Positions 37,692 to 47,769 of a DNA stretch of 64,000 bases are shown here, one piece after another; positions within the stretch are counted from its first letter, which is position 1; every line of letters begins with the position of its first letter. Position numbers and translations under genes: made by a program. The stretch comes from Myxococcales bacterium (GTDB lineage: Bacteria; Myxococcota_A; Polyangia; Polyangiales; DASUME01), in contig JASGJH010000001.1 of the NCBI GenBank assembly GCA_047601445.1, positions 7,904,001-7,968,000 on the forward strand, in the 5' to 3' direction. The notes under the pieces are model-generated. The model saw nothing but the letters and a program-made list of their open reading frames with translations. It did no database searches and was not told the origin of the DNA.

Positions 37692-39869
37692 ATGCCAGAG
37701 GGTGGTGAAGGTGGGCGGGGCCACCCGCGCGCAGCACATGGTGGCACGCCGAGTGTGCGCGAGGAGGGGGGACCTGCGGGTGACCACCAAACTACGGTCC
37801 AGGAAGCCTTCGACCTCGCCGCGCTGAACCGCGGTAACCTGGGGCTTCGTCTCGCGGATGTCACACTCGGCGCGCGGGTCGAAGCGCTGCTCGCGCGCTT
37901 CAGCTTGGATCAGAAGCTCGCCCAGATGCACGGTGAGTCCAGCGATCCGTGGGAGCAGGTCTTCACGACACGTGACGAGCCCGCGCTCGGGGTGCTCGGC
38001 TTTCGCATGGTCGATGGGCCCCGTGGCGTGAGGGCGGGGCTGGCGACCACCTTTCCGGTCGCCTTGGCGCGCGGCGCCACCTGGAATCCGGAGCTCGAGG
38101 CGCGCGTGGGGCAGGCCATCGCACGCGAAGCGCGGGCGCGCGGGGCCAATGTGTTGCTGGCGCCGGCCATCAATCTGTTGCGCCACCCGGGCTGGGGGCG
38201 CGCGCAGGAAACCTACGGTGAGGACTCGCTGCACGTGGGGCGCATGGGCGCGGCGTTCATCGCGGGAGCCCAGCGAGAGCTGATCGCCAGCGTGAAACAC
38301 CTGGCCCTCAACAGCATCGAGGACACGCGCTTTCAGGTGGATGTCCGCGTGGGCGAGCGAAGCCTGCGCGAGGTGTACTTGCCGCACTTCGAGTACTGCG
38401 TGCGCGAGGCTCACGTGGGGTCCGTGATGAGCGCCTACAACAAGGTCAATGGAGCTTACTGCGCAGAGAACATGCGCTTGCTCCACGATCTCTTGAAGGA
38501 CGAGTGGGGCTTCCGCGGCTTCGTCGAGTCCGACTGGGTTTTCGGCACGCGCAGCACGGAGCCTTCCCTGCGGGCCGGGCTCGACGTGGAGATGCCGAGT
38601 GCCAAACACTATGGCGAGGCCCTGGGAAAGGCGTTGCGCGCTGGACGCGTGACGCAGCGGGCGATCGACGAGGCGGTGCGGCGCATCTTGCGGGTCAAGC
38701 TGGCCTTCGGCCTGGTAGAGGGCGAGTCCGCAGCGCCGCCCGCTCCCGACGTGTCCGTGATCGAATGTGCGGCGCACCAGGACCTGGCCCTGGAGGTCGC
38801 CCAGCAGTCCCTGGTGCTGCTCAAGAACGAGGGAGACGTGCTCCCGCTCGCGACCGAAGGCGCCGGCGCGGTGGCCGTGGTCGGTCAGTTGGCCGGCGAA
38901 GAGAACACCGGTGACCACGGCTCGAGCAGCGTGAGCTCGAGCTTCGTGATCGGGGCGCTCGAGGGCATCGCGGACCGCCTGGGAGCGGGGCGCGTGAAGG
39001 CCATGCCGCGTGACGTGCTCGACGACGGCGATCGCGCGGCGCTGCGCGCGTGTCGCGCGGCGGTCGTGGTGGTGGGGCTGAACTGGCGCGATGAAGGAGA
39101 GCTGATCCCGTTCATCCAGGGCGGTGGGGATCGCGACACGCTCATGCTCTCCGAGCGCCACCGGGAGTTGGTCCGCGAGGTGGCCCAGCTGGTGCCGCGC
39201 ACGGTGGTGGTGCTCCAGGCCGGCAGTGCCGTCGAAGTGCGGGACTTCGTCGATCGCGTCCCCGCGCTCCTGATGGCCTGGTATCCGGGCATGCTGGGAG
39301 GCGAGGCGCTGGCTGACGTGCTGTTCGGCGTGCGCAGCCCGAGCGGCAAGCTGCCCGTGAGCATCCCGCGCAGCGCGCACGACTTGGTGCCCTTCGACCA
39401 CCGCTCCCTGCGCGTGCACTACGGGTTCGACCACGGCTACCGGCACCTCGACCTGCACGGCTGCGAGGCCGAGTTTCCCTTCGGCTTTGGGCTCAGCTAC
39501 ACGCGCTTCCGCTACGACGACATCGCGCTGTCGATGCCGACTCTCGAGCGCCTCGCGGAGGACGAGGAGCTCTGCGTGAGCGTGACGGTCACCAACGTCG
39601 GCGCACGCGCGGGCACGGAGGTGGTGCAGCTCTATCTCAGCTGCGAAGCGAGCGCCCACTACCGGTCTCCGAAGGTGCTCGTGGGCTTTGGGCGCCTGAG
39701 CCTGGAGCCCGGCGAGACGAGGCAACTTCACATGCGGCTCGGGACGCGCGAGCTGCGTTACTACGATGTGGTCCGTGAGCGCTTCGAAGTGGAGCGCACG
39801 ACCTATCTGCTGCGTGCGGGCCCGGACTCCCAGCGGCTGCCGCTCTCGGCCCGCTTCAGCGTGACCTGA
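37692..39869 (+). CDS. GH3 beta-glucosidase
   Basis: DGPRGV, WGRAQETYGED, VKHL, MSAYNKVNG, GFVESDW, LVLLKN, FPFGFGLSYT. Confidence 0.93.
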   Translation: MPEGGEGGRGHPRAAHGGTPSVREEGGPAGDHQTTVQEAFDLAALNRGNLGLRLADVTLGARVEALLARFSLDQKLAQMHGESSDPWEQVFTTRDEPALGVLGFRMVDGPRGVRAGLATTFPVALARGATWNPELEARVGQAIAREARARGANVLLAPAINLLRHPGWGRAQETYGEDSLHVGRMGAAFIAGAQRELIASVKHLALNSIEDTRFQVDVRVGERSLREVYLPHFEYCVREAHVGSVMSAYNKVNGAYCAENMRLLHDLLKDEWGFRGFVESDWVFGTRSTEPSLRAGLDVEMPSAKHYGEALGKALRAGRVTQRAIDEAVRRILRVKLAFGLVEGESAAPPAPDVSVIECAAHQDLALEVAQQSLVLLKNEGDVLPLATEGAGAVAVVGQLAGEENTGDHGSSSVSSSFVIGALEGIADRLGAGRVKAMPRDVLDDGDRAALRACRAAVVVVGLNWRDEGELIPFIQGGGDRDTLMLSERHRELVREVAQLVPRTVVVLQAGSAVEVRDFVDRVPALLMAWYPGMLGGEALADVLFGVRSPSGKLPVSIPRSAHDLVPFDHRSLRVHYGFDHGYRHLDLHGCEAEFPFGFGLSYTRFRYDDIALSMPTLERLAEDEELCVSVTVTNVGARAGTEVVQLYLSCEASAHYRSPKVLVGFGRLSLEPGETRQLHMRLGTRELRYYDVVRERFEVERTTYLLRAGPDSQRLPLSARFSVT

Positions 39870-39894
39870 AGGGTGTCCCTCCAGGCCGCGCGCC

Positions 39895-41661
39895 TCACAT
39901 GACCTCGTCCCAGCGCGGCGAGGCAGCGAAGGCCGCGTGGATCAGGCCCACGTGCGAGTAGGCCTGCGGGAAGTTGCCCCACATCTTCATGTTGGCGACG
40001 TCCCAGTCCTCCGACAAGAGGCCCAGTGGAGCGATGCAGTCCACTGCGTGACGAAGGGCCTCGCGCGCCTCCGACAGGCGCCCGGCCACGGCGAGCGCTT
40101 CCACCAGCCAGAACGTGCAGATGATGAAGGCCGCGGAGGGGATGCCCAGGCCGTCGTTGTGTCGGTAGCGGAGCAGCCAGCGCTCACGCCCGAGGTCACG
40201 CACGATGGCATCGATGGTCCCGTTCAGCAGGGGATCGCTGGTCTTGAAGAAGCGCAGCGAGATCGCCTGCAGCAGCGAGGCGTCCAGATCTTGTCCGCCG
40301 TAGCTTGCGACCAAGCTGTTGAGGTCTGGGTTGTGGGCCTTGGTGAGGATCTCCTCGCGGATGCGCTGCGCGGCGGCCACGTACTCGGGGTTGCGGGTGG
40401 GGGCGTGACGCGCGGCGACCTTGGCCATGCGGTCGGCGGCGGCCCAGCACATCAAGGTCGAGAACGTCTGCGGCTCCCACTCCTTGCGCACTTCCCAGAT
40501 GCCTGCGTCCGGCGTGCCGGCCACACTGACGGCCTTGTTGGTGAGCGAGAACAGCAGGTCGAGTGTGGAGCGCGTCTGCTCTTCCTTGAAGCGGTCGTCG
40601 AGGAAGACAGGCGCCAGAGCCAACACCATTTCCCCGAAGATGTCATGTTGCTGGTGCACCGCCGCGCCATTGCCGATGCGTACCGGCCCGTCTCCGTTGA
40701 AGCCCGGCCAGTGCGGCAAGATGTGCTCCTCGAGATCGGCCCGTCCGTCCACGCGATAGAGCGGCGCCAGGGCCAGGTCGGGCGTGGAGCCGGCGATGCT
40801 CAACAGATAGTGCACGAATTGCTCGCGCTCCTCGAAGTGACCGAGCAGGCGAAACGCGTCGAGCACGTAGTATGCGTCGCGCAGCCAGCAGAAGCGATAG
40901 TCCCAGTTGCGGCCGCTGCCCTTGTGCTCTGGGATCGAGGTGGTGAGGGCCGCCACGATGGCGCCGGTGTCTTCGAAGCAGTGCAGCTTGAGCGCCAGGG
41001 CCGAGCGGATCACTTGCTGCTGCAGCACGGGCGGCACGTCGCAGTGCTTCACCCAGCGTTGCCAGTAGCGTACCGTCTCGTCGAGAAAGCGATGGCAGAG
41101 CGACGGCAGCGACTCCTGCACTGGCTCGCCCCACGAGAGCACCATGTGCTTGCGCGAGGTGAGCGCGAAGGGCAGGCCGTCGACATAGGAGAGCGGGACA
41201 TCCGTGGTGAGGCGTAGTTCGCTCGGGAAGCCCGCGTAGGACACGTGGTTCGAGCCGATGTCGCGCGCGGGGACCTTGTTCGACCAGCCGAGGCGCGGAT
41301 CGCAGTTCACCTTGATCTGCGGCGTGCCGGTGAGCGGCTCCACGATGCGCACGATCTTGGTGGGGCGAAACATGCGGTCGAACTGCTGGAAGCGCGGCGC
41401 GAAGTCCAGCACGCGGAACGAGCCGTCCCGACCCGAGAAGCGTGTCTCGAGCACGTTCGTGTTGTCGAGGTAGCGCTGCACGCCGGGGCTGCCATCGGCG
41501 GGCGAGATGCGGAACGCGCCGCCGTTGGGCTCGTCGAGCAAGCTGCCGAAGATGGGCTCCGAGTCGAAGCGCGGCATGCAGCAGAAGACGATGGAGCCAG
41601 AGCGTTCCACGAGGGCGGCGAACTGGCAGTTGCCGATGACACCGATGTTCTCGAGTTCCAC
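39895..41661 (-). CDS. GH15 glycoside hydrolase (trehalase-like)
   Basis: GAIVAALTTSIPE, RNWDYRFCWLRD, GIWEVR, LGLLSED, GNFPQAYSH; divergent from otsAB. Confidence 0.92.
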   Translation of the reverse strand: MELENIGVIGNCQFAALVERSGSIVFCCMPRFDSEPIFGSLLDEPNGGAFRISPADGSPGVQRYLDNTNVLETRFSGRDGSFRVLDFAPRFQQFDRMFRPTKIVRIVEPLTGTPQIKVNCDPRLGWSNKVPARDIGSNHVSYAGFPSELRLTTDVPLSYVDGLPFALTSRKHMVLSWGEPVQESLPSLCHRFLDETVRYWQRWVKHCDVPPVLQQQVIRSALALKLHCFEDTGAIVAALTTSIPEHKGSGRNWDYRFCWLRDAYYVLDAFRLLGHFEEREQFVHYLLSIAGSTPDLALAPLYRVDGRADLEEHILPHWPGFNGDGPVRIGNGAAVHQQHDIFGEMVLALAPVFLDDRFKEEQTRSTLDLLFSLTNKAVSVAGTPDAGIWEVRKEWEPQTFSTLMCWAAADRMAKVAARHAPTRNPEYVAAAQRIREEILTKAHNPDLNSLVASYGGQDLDASLLQAISLRFFKTSDPLLNGTIDAIVRDLGRERWLLRYRHNDGLGIPSAAFIICTFWLVEALAVAGRLSEAREALRHAVDCIAPLGLLSEDWDVANMKMWGNFPQAYSHVGLIHAAFAASPRWDEVM

Positions 41662-41680
41662 CTTCCAAGCCTAGCAACAG

Positions 41681-41704
41681 TTTTCTTTGGATATCCAACA
41701 AAAA
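41681..41704. promoter_or_regulatory. AT-rich palindrome, candidate repressor operator between GH15 and otsA
   Basis: Perfect TTGGATATCCAA (41687-41698) flanked by TTTT and AAAA. Confidence 0.55.
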
Positions 41705-41723
41705 TATGCTCCACTGAACTTCC

Positions 41724-43970
41724 ATGAACCAGGCGCTTCGGTTCGTGGCGGTTCTGGTCGTCGGCTTGGCGGCTTGTTCGGCGTTGGCGCACGTCGCGTT
41801 GTCGCGCATGACGCAGCGCTGGTTCGAAAGTGATCTGGAGGCGCGCGCCGAACTGGTGCTCACCGAGGTCGAACCCGCGCTGGTCGAGGCACTCGATCAC
41901 AACGATCGCGTGGTGTTGCGACGCGAGCTCGTCGCCATGGCGCGCAAGGAGCGTCTGCTCGGAGCGCAAGTTTGTACCGAGAATGGTGTGCTCTTAGCGC
42001 GCACGACCGGGTTTCCAGATGGCCTCAACTGTGTCCAGTTTGCACGTCTGCCCGATGGCGCGCGCGAGCCGCGCTCTTCCGGCGTGCGTGATCTGTCGGA
42101 CGGCCCTGTATTCGTGACCGCGCGCGTCTTGCCGGGCAATGAACGGACCACCGTCATGGTCTTGCAGGACATGCGCACGGTGGGCGGGCGTCAACAGAAG
42201 GCCCAGCAGCTGGTGTGGCTGGCGTTTCTGGTGCTCTCCTTCGCGGCCTCCATCGTGACGTTGGTGGCGATGAAGCTGTCCTGGCGCAGCTGGACCCATT
42301 CGCTGCGCAGGTTGGTGCAAGGCAAGGACCTCGAGGCGAGTCCGGAGTTTCGGCCGCTGGTGGGGGACGTGCGTGAGCTCGTGCAGCGCATGTCCTCGGA
42401 GTTCGAGCAGGAGGCCCGCGGCGGACACTGGACGCCCGAGCGCTTGAGGGGGGTGCTCGGTCAGCTGTTGCACGGCGAGCGCATCATCGTGGTGTCCAAC
42501 CGAGAGCCCTACATTCACCTTCGAAACAAGGACGGCAGCATCCGCTGGCAGCACCCTGCGAGTGGCCTGGTGACTGCGCTGGAACCGGTGTTGCGCGCCT
42601 GCTCGGGCGTGTGGGTGGCCCACGGCGCCGGCTCCGCGGACCGCGACACGGTGGACGAGAAAGATCACGTGAAGGTGCCGCCTGGCGAGGAAGCCTTCGT
42701 GCTGCGCAGGGTGTGGCTCACCGAGGAGGAGGAGCAAGGCTACTACTATGGCTTCGCCAACGAGGGACTCTGGCCCCTCTGCCACGTGGCCCATACGCGC
42801 CCCATCTTTCGCGCCGAGGACTGGGAAGCCTACAAGGCTGCCAACAAACGCTTCGCCGACGCGGTGGTGGAAGAGGCCGACACGGACGACCCCATCGTGC
42901 TGGTGCAAGACTACCACTTCGGTCTCGCCCCGCGCATGATCCGCAAGCGCCTGCCGCGCGCCACCATCATCACCTTCTGGCACATCCCGTGGCCCAACGC
43001 GGAGCAACTCGGCATCTGCCCGTTTCGCGAGGACTTGCTCGACGGCATGCTCGGCTCGAGCATTCTCGGCTTTCACACGCAGCAGCACTGCAACAACTTC
43101 TTCGAGTCCGTCGAGCGCTACCTCGAGGCACGCATCGACCGCGAGCAGAACGCCGTGGTGCGCCACGCGCGCAGCACGTTGATCCGGCCCTATCCCATCT
43201 CCATCGAGTGGCCCGTGCACTGGCTCGAAGATCTGCCGTCGGTGGAGGAATGCCGGGCTTCGGTGTTTCAGGAGTTGGGCCTGGCGTCGGATGCCTTGCT
43301 CGGTGTGGGCGTCGACCGGCTGGACTACACCAAGGGCATCGAAGAGCGCTTGCTCGCCGTGGAGCGGGTGCTCGAGCGGAACCCAGGCCTGCGCGGTCGC
43401 TTCAGCTTCGTCCAGTTGGGCGCGCCCAGCCGCACCCGGATCCCGCGCTATCAGGCGCTCGCGGAGTCCGTGAACCAGGTGGCGGAGCGCATCAATGCCC
43501 GCTTCGGTACCGAGAGCTACAAGCCCATCATCCTGTGGTCCGAGCATCACGAGCCGGTCCAGGTATTCCGCTTCTATCGCGCCGCCGACCTGTGTTACGT
43601 GAGCAGCCTGCACGACGGCATGAACCTGGTCGCCAAGGAGTTCGTGGCCGCGCGCGAGGACGAGCAGGGCGTGTTGGTACTCAGCAATTTCACCGGCGCA
43701 TCGCGCGAGCTCACCGAGGCCTTGGTGGTCAACCCATACGACCTCGAGGAAGCCAGTCGCGCCATCGAGGTGGCTTTGCAAATGCCGCCGAGCGAGCAGC
43801 GTCAGCGCATGAAGGCCATGCGCGGCCTGCTCTCCGAGTTCAACATCTATCGCTGGGCAGGGCGCATGCTGATCGATGCGGCCGAGCTGCGTCGACGCGA
43901 ACGGCTGTCCGACCGCTTGCGCCAGGAGTGGCTCCCGGATCACCCGGCCAGGAGCCCTGGCCACGCATGA
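41724..43970 (+). CDS. otsA: Trehalose-6-phosphate synthase (GT20) with N-terminal two-TM extracytoplasmic domain
   Basis: [58 protein letters not shown]; ~245-aa N-terminal extension. Confidence 0.93.
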   Translation: MNQALRFVAVLVVGLAACSALAHVALSRMTQRWFESDLEARAELVLTEVEPALVEALDHNDRVVLRRELVAMARKERLLGAQVCTENGVLLARTTGFPDGLNCVQFARLPDGAREPRSSGVRDLSDGPVFVTARVLPGNERTTVMVLQDMRTVGGRQQKAQQLVWLAFLVLSFAASIVTLVAMKLSWRSWTHSLRRLVQGKDLEASPEFRPLVGDVRELVQRMSSEFEQEARGGHWTPERLRGVLGQLLHGERIIVVSNREPYIHLRNKDGSIRWQHPASGLVTALEPVLRACSGVWVAHGAGSADRDTVDEKDHVKVPPGEEAFVLRRVWLTEEEEQGYYYGFANEGLWPLCHVAHTRPIFRAEDWEAYKAANKRFADAVVEEADTDDPIVLVQDYHFGLAPRMIRKRLPRATIITFWHIPWPNAEQLGICPFREDLLDGMLGSSILGFHTQQHCNNFFESVERYLEARIDREQNAVVRHARSTLIRPYPISIEWPVHWLEDLPSVEECRASVFQELGLASDALLGVGVDRLDYTKGIEERLLAVERVLERNPGLRGRFSFVQLGAPSRTRIPRYQALAESVNQVAERINARFGTESYKPIILWSEHHEPVQVFRFYRAADLCYVSSLHDGMNLVAKEFVAAREDEQGVLVLSNFTGASRELTEALVVNPYDLEEASRAIEVALQMPPSEQRQRMKAMRGLLSEFNIYRWAGRMLIDAAELRRRERLSDRLRQEWLPDHPARSPGHA

Positions 43971-44740
43971 GGTACATCCTTTCGCGACAGAACCGCGAGG
44001 TGCTCGCGCAGTTGGCCTGGTCCAACGTCCTGTTGGCCTTCGACTTCGACGGCACGCTGTCGCCGATCGTGAACGACCCCGAGGCGGCCAAGATGCGCAC
44101 GCGTACGCGGCGCTTGTTCGCGGCGCTCGCCCAGCGCTATCCGTGCGTGGTCATCTCGGGGCGCGGAGTCGCGGACGTGGGGGCCCGCCTGGGCGATGCC
44201 AACGTGCGGGCCGTGGTGGGGAACCATGGCCTGGAGCCGGCCGGGGACATGCAGCGCTTCGAACAGGAGGTGCGCGCCTTCCTGCCGCGCTTGACGCGGG
44301 CGCTGGCTGGTCTCGAAGGCGTGGAGATCGAGGACAAGCGCTATTCGGTGGCGGTGCACTACAGGCGCTCTCGCTCGCGGCGAACGGCGCGCGAGCTGAT
44401 CGCGGAGGCCGTGGCGGTCCTGGGAGACGCGGTGCGCGCAGTGCCGGGCAAATGCGTGGTCAACGTGCTGCCGGAGGGGGCACCACACAAGGGGTTCGCC
44501 CTGCGCAGCCTCCAGCGCGAGCTCTCGGCGGACGTGGCCCTGTACGTGGGCGATGACGAGACCGACGAAGACGTGTTCAATATGGAGGAGCCCGGGCACT
44601 TGCTCGGGATTCGGGTCGGCAAGTCCATGCGCTCACGGGCCTCTTACTTTTTGACCAGCCAACGCGAGATCGACGAGCTCCTGGGGCTCCTGGTATCGCT
44701 GCGCGAGAGCGCGGCCAGTCGGCGCATGGAGCTCTCGTGA
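43967..44740 (+). CDS. otsB: Trehalose-6-phosphate phosphatase (HAD)
   Basis: FDFDGTLSPI, ISGR, GNHGLE, HKG, YVGDDETDEDVF; ATGA overlap with otsA. Confidence 0.93.
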   Translation: MRYILSRQNREVLAQLAWSNVLLAFDFDGTLSPIVNDPEAAKMRTRTRRLFAALAQRYPCVVISGRGVADVGARLGDANVRAVVGNHGLEPAGDMQRFEQEVRAFLPRLTRALAGLEGVEIEDKRYSVAVHYRRSRSRRTARELIAEAVAVLGDAVRAVPGKCVVNVLPEGAPHKGFALRSLQRELSADVALYVGDDETDEDVFNMEEPGHLLGIRVGKSMRSRASYFLTSQREIDELLGLLVSLRESAASRRMELS

Positions 44741-45243
44741 AGGTGCTCGGCCCCGGTGTACAGGCACGCGGCAAGGAGGCCAAGGACCTCGGTCCGGTGC
44801 TCGACTTCATGCGCACGCTCTGGGCGCTCAACCACGCCATCGAGAAGACCTCCAAGCGCATGAACAACGAGTACGGCGTGACGGCTCAGCAGTGCACGCT
44901 GCTGCGCATCGTCGGCAGGTTCCCGGGCATCTCGGCGGGCCAGCTGGCGGAGTTGTTGCGCGTGCACCCGGGGACCTTGTCGGCAGCAGTGAATCGGCTC
45001 GAGCGCAGGGGCCTGCTCGAGCGTCGTCGTGATCCCAGGGATCAACGGCGCGTGCTGCTGGGGCTCACGGCACGCGGGCGGGCCCTCGATATGCCGGCGC
45101 ACGACGCAGTCGGTGACGCCGTCGGCAGCGTGCTCAAGGGGGTATCCGCGGCACAGATGGACTCCGTGCGCGCCGTGCTGCTGGAGCTCACGAGCCAGCT
45201 GGAGCCCCAGCGGCCCACGCGAGGGGCGGCGACTGCGCGCTAA
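44737..45243 (+). CDS. MarR family transcriptional regulator
   Basis: GVTAQQ..LAELL..VNRLERRGLLERRRDPRDQRRVLLGLTARG; GTGA overlap with otsB. Confidence 0.9.
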   Translation: MKVLGPGVQARGKEAKDLGPVLDFMRTLWALNHAIEKTSKRMNNEYGVTAQQCTLLRIVGRFPGISAGQLAELLRVHPGTLSAAVNRLERRGLLERRRDPRDQRRVLLGLTARGRALDMPAHDAVGDAVGSVLKGVSAAQMDSVRAVLLELTSQLEPQRPTRGAATAR

Positions 45244-46250
45244 TCGTCGTCGGCCCCCTGGACATCGAAGAGGGCGGCGATGGGCAGGTGGTCGCTGACG
45301 TGACGGTAGTACTCGAGCGCGGAGCCGGCCTCGGCGCGCAGGTCGAGAACACGGGCGGGTTCCAGCCGTTCGCTGGTATGGGCGGGATGGACGATCAGCA
45401 TGTGGTCGAGCAGACGCTCGCTGCGGGAGCCCGAGCTGCTCAACGTGGAGCCGCTGCCCTGGGTGGCATCTTCGGCGTGCACGAGCGGAGCGAGTTCGTC
45501 CGGCGTGAGGTTGAAGTCCCCGAGCAGTATCACATCTTGTTCGCCCGGGAGACGGCGCGTTACCTCCTCCATTGTGCCATCGAGGTGCACCACCTCGGCG
45601 GCGATGTCAGCCACCTGCCCGGTGCCCCAGCGCGCGTGGTACACACCGAGCGCGAAGTCGAAGCTCGCAGCCCCCGAGGCGTCGTGGGCCCGAAAGCAAC
45701 CGAAGGCCGGTTCGCGCAGGAACTGGTCGGTGGTCTGAGCAGAATCGCTGCGGCCGTCGGCGTCGGACACGTAGCCGAGGTGGACGTCTTGGTCGCAGCT
45801 CGCGAGAAGGCTCGTGCGAAACAGCACCGCGTAAAACTCTGCGAAGGGGGCGTCGAGGTTGGGGCGTGGCGTAGCCGTGGCGCGAGTCGACCAGCCGGGG
45901 CCCAACGCGAGCGCGAGCGCATCGAGTCCGTGGTGCGTGCCTTGACCCGTGTGCATGACCTCTACGAGCGCGACCATGTCGAAATGGCGCTCGATGAGCT
46001 TGGCCAGCAATGTGACGTCGGTGTCCTCATGGCTACCCAGGCGGCGCACGTTCCAACTACCCACGCGCAGGGGAGGGGGCGGCGCAGAGGATGCGTCCCC
46101 CGCGTCGAACGTGCTCGGTCGCGAGGAGCCGGCTTCTTGCCAGCTGCGATCGTCGGCGGTGGGATCCGAGGGCAGCCGGGGGATGTCCAGACAAGCCCAG
46201 GCGAACAAAGTGCACAAGAGGACAGGCCAGTACGCATTGGAGGGCAACAC
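45240..46250 (-). CDS. DNase I-like endonuclease/exonuclease/phosphatase family lipoprotein
   Basis: GSWNV, LVEV, EFYAVLF, FLREPAF, LGDFN, DHML, SDHLPI; signal peptide ending AWAC. Confidence 0.82.
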   Translation of the reverse strand: MLPSNAYWPVLLCTLFAWACLDIPRLPSDPTADDRSWQEAGSSRPSTFDAGDASSAPPPPLRVGSWNVRRLGSHEDTDVTLLAKLIERHFDMVALVEVMHTGQGTHHGLDALALALGPGWSTRATATPRPNLDAPFAEFYAVLFRTSLLASCDQDVHLGYVSDADGRSDSAQTTDQFLREPAFGCFRAHDASGAASFDFALGVYHARWGTGQVADIAAEVVHLDGTMEEVTRRLPGEQDVILLGDFNLTPDELAPLVHAEDATQGSGSTLSSSGSRSERLLDHMLIVHPAHTSERLEPARVLDLRAEAGSALEYYRHVSDHLPIAALFDVQGADDD

Positions 46251-46308
46251 GCAGCCTTATCGGTCCAGCGCGTCGGCAGTTGCGCGCGCGCGACGAATTC
46301 TGCGTCTG

Positions 46309-46426
46309 GGTCGTACGCGTGCCCGTGCCCGAGCGCGAATTTCTCCGGCGAGCTGAGCAGGCCGTCCGGCGAAACGCACCGTGAAGAGAAATCAGATCGT
46401 TTGCGGGCACGGGCACGCGTACGACC
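46309..46426. repeat. REP/MITE-like element with perfect 23-bp terminal inverted repeats, copy 2
   Basis: GGTCGTACGCGTGCCCGTGCCCG (46309-46331) and its exact reverse complement (46404-46426). Confidence 0.85.
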
Positions 46427-46456
46427 GAGAATGAGGAAATGGGAGACGGGGACCCG

Positions 46457-47710
46457 CTAATTGAGCAGCTTGGCGAACAGTTCAGTGACCAGGAAGGCCA
46501 CGCGGTCGCCCTCCGGCTGGATCACCACCCCCAGCCCCATCGAGCGCGCTTCGGGGTGCAGAACGTTGGCGCGATGTCCTGGGCTCGCCATCAAGCCCTC
46601 GTGGATCTCGTTGGCGCTGTAGCCACGACCGATGTTCTCGAGCAGCACCTGCGCCTTCAAGCCCGCGCGCTCGACCCGATCGGACGCCTCGCCGGTGGTC
46701 TTGGAGGTGTGCGCCACGAAATGGTGCGCATCCATATCTTCGGTGTGCGCCTGGGCCACACGCACCAGGCGTCGATCGACCTTCAACGGTGGCAGCTTGC
46801 GCGCCGCGCGCGCCTCCGCGATGAGTGCGCTCAACTTCTCCACGAAGCTCGCCACGTCGGTCTCGGCCGGGCCCTCCTCGTAGGCAGGCGCAGCCTGCTC
46901 GGCGCCTGTGCCCGCCTGCACAGGAATCACCGCGAGCACGCCGAGGCCACTGGGCCCCTCCGCCAAGATCTCGATGCTGTGAGTGCCCGGGCTAGCCAGT
47001 GTGATCGTTTGGTTGATCACGCGCGCGTCGGGCAGCGGCAAGCGCGTCGCGAGCCCCTCGGGATCCGTGATGGCGAGAGATGGATGGGCATAGCCGCGTG
47101 GCAAGCTGGCCGCGAGTTGCAGCGAGCTACCCACGTCTACTTGCTGCGGAATCGGCCGCTCTAGCTCCACGAAGCGACCCGAGAACGCCACCGCCAGCAC
47201 GCTGGCCTGTCCTTGTTTCAGCAGGGCACCGCCGCAGTGGGTGACGGCCATGCTGTGCACTGCGTCCTGCACGGCGGGGTCGATGCTCGGTAGCAGCATC
47301 TCTGCGCGAGAGGCGCCGGCCAACCAGAGCTGCGGGGTGGGCTCGACCAGGCCGAGTTGGTGGCTGACATAGCCCACGTAGGCTCCGCGCGGCGCGAGGC
47401 GCCCACCATCGCTCTGACGAGCCACGGACATCGAGAGCTCGGCCAGCCGGGGATCCGCCTTCAAACCAGCCTTGCGACAGGCCTTCGCGAGCGCATCCTC
47501 CAGCGGCTTGGCGTCCGTAGCGCCTTCCACGAGCAAGATGGACCCCTTTGGCGAGGCCGTCTCGAAAAAGCCGCGCGCTGTAACGCTCGCGCTGGGGTCT
47601 GCTGCGGGACGGGCCTGGGGCTGGCCCGCGGCTTTGATGGGGCCTGCGCCTTGGCCATGGCTACAGCTCGAGAGCAGCGCAAGCAGTGCGAACACGCGGA
47701 GATCTCGCAT
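46457..47710 (-). CDS. CAP/SCP domain lipoprotein
   Basis: Lipobox LSSC; AQAHTEDM..FVAH..ENIG..LMASPGHRANVL. Confidence 0.85.
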   Translation of the reverse strand: MRDLRVFALLALLSSCSHGQGAGPIKAAGQPQARPAADPSASVTARGFFETASPKGSILLVEGATDAKPLEDALAKACRKAGLKADPRLAELSMSVARQSDGGRLAPRGAYVGYVSHQLGLVEPTPQLWLAGASRAEMLLPSIDPAVQDAVHSMAVTHCGGALLKQGQASVLAVAFSGRFVELERPIPQQVDVGSSLQLAASLPRGYAHPSLAITDPEGLATRLPLPDARVINQTITLASPGTHSIEILAEGPSGLGVLAVIPVQAGTGAEQAAPAYEEGPAETDVASFVEKLSALIAEARAARKLPPLKVDRRLVRVAQAHTEDMDAHHFVAHTSKTTGEASDRVERAGLKAQVLLENIGRGYSANEIHEGLMASPGHRANVLHPEARSMGLGVVIQPEGDRVAFLVTELFAKLLN

Positions 47711-47769
47711 CGCTGGGATGTTAGTGCAGGGGTTGAGTCCTGTCCTGCAGGGGTTACCTTGGGGGCTCC

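Noticed and set aside
42611..44740. 709-aa ORF as a long OtsB
   Set aside because: OtsB starts at the ATGA overlap at 43967; the upstream part is an off-frame read of otsA.
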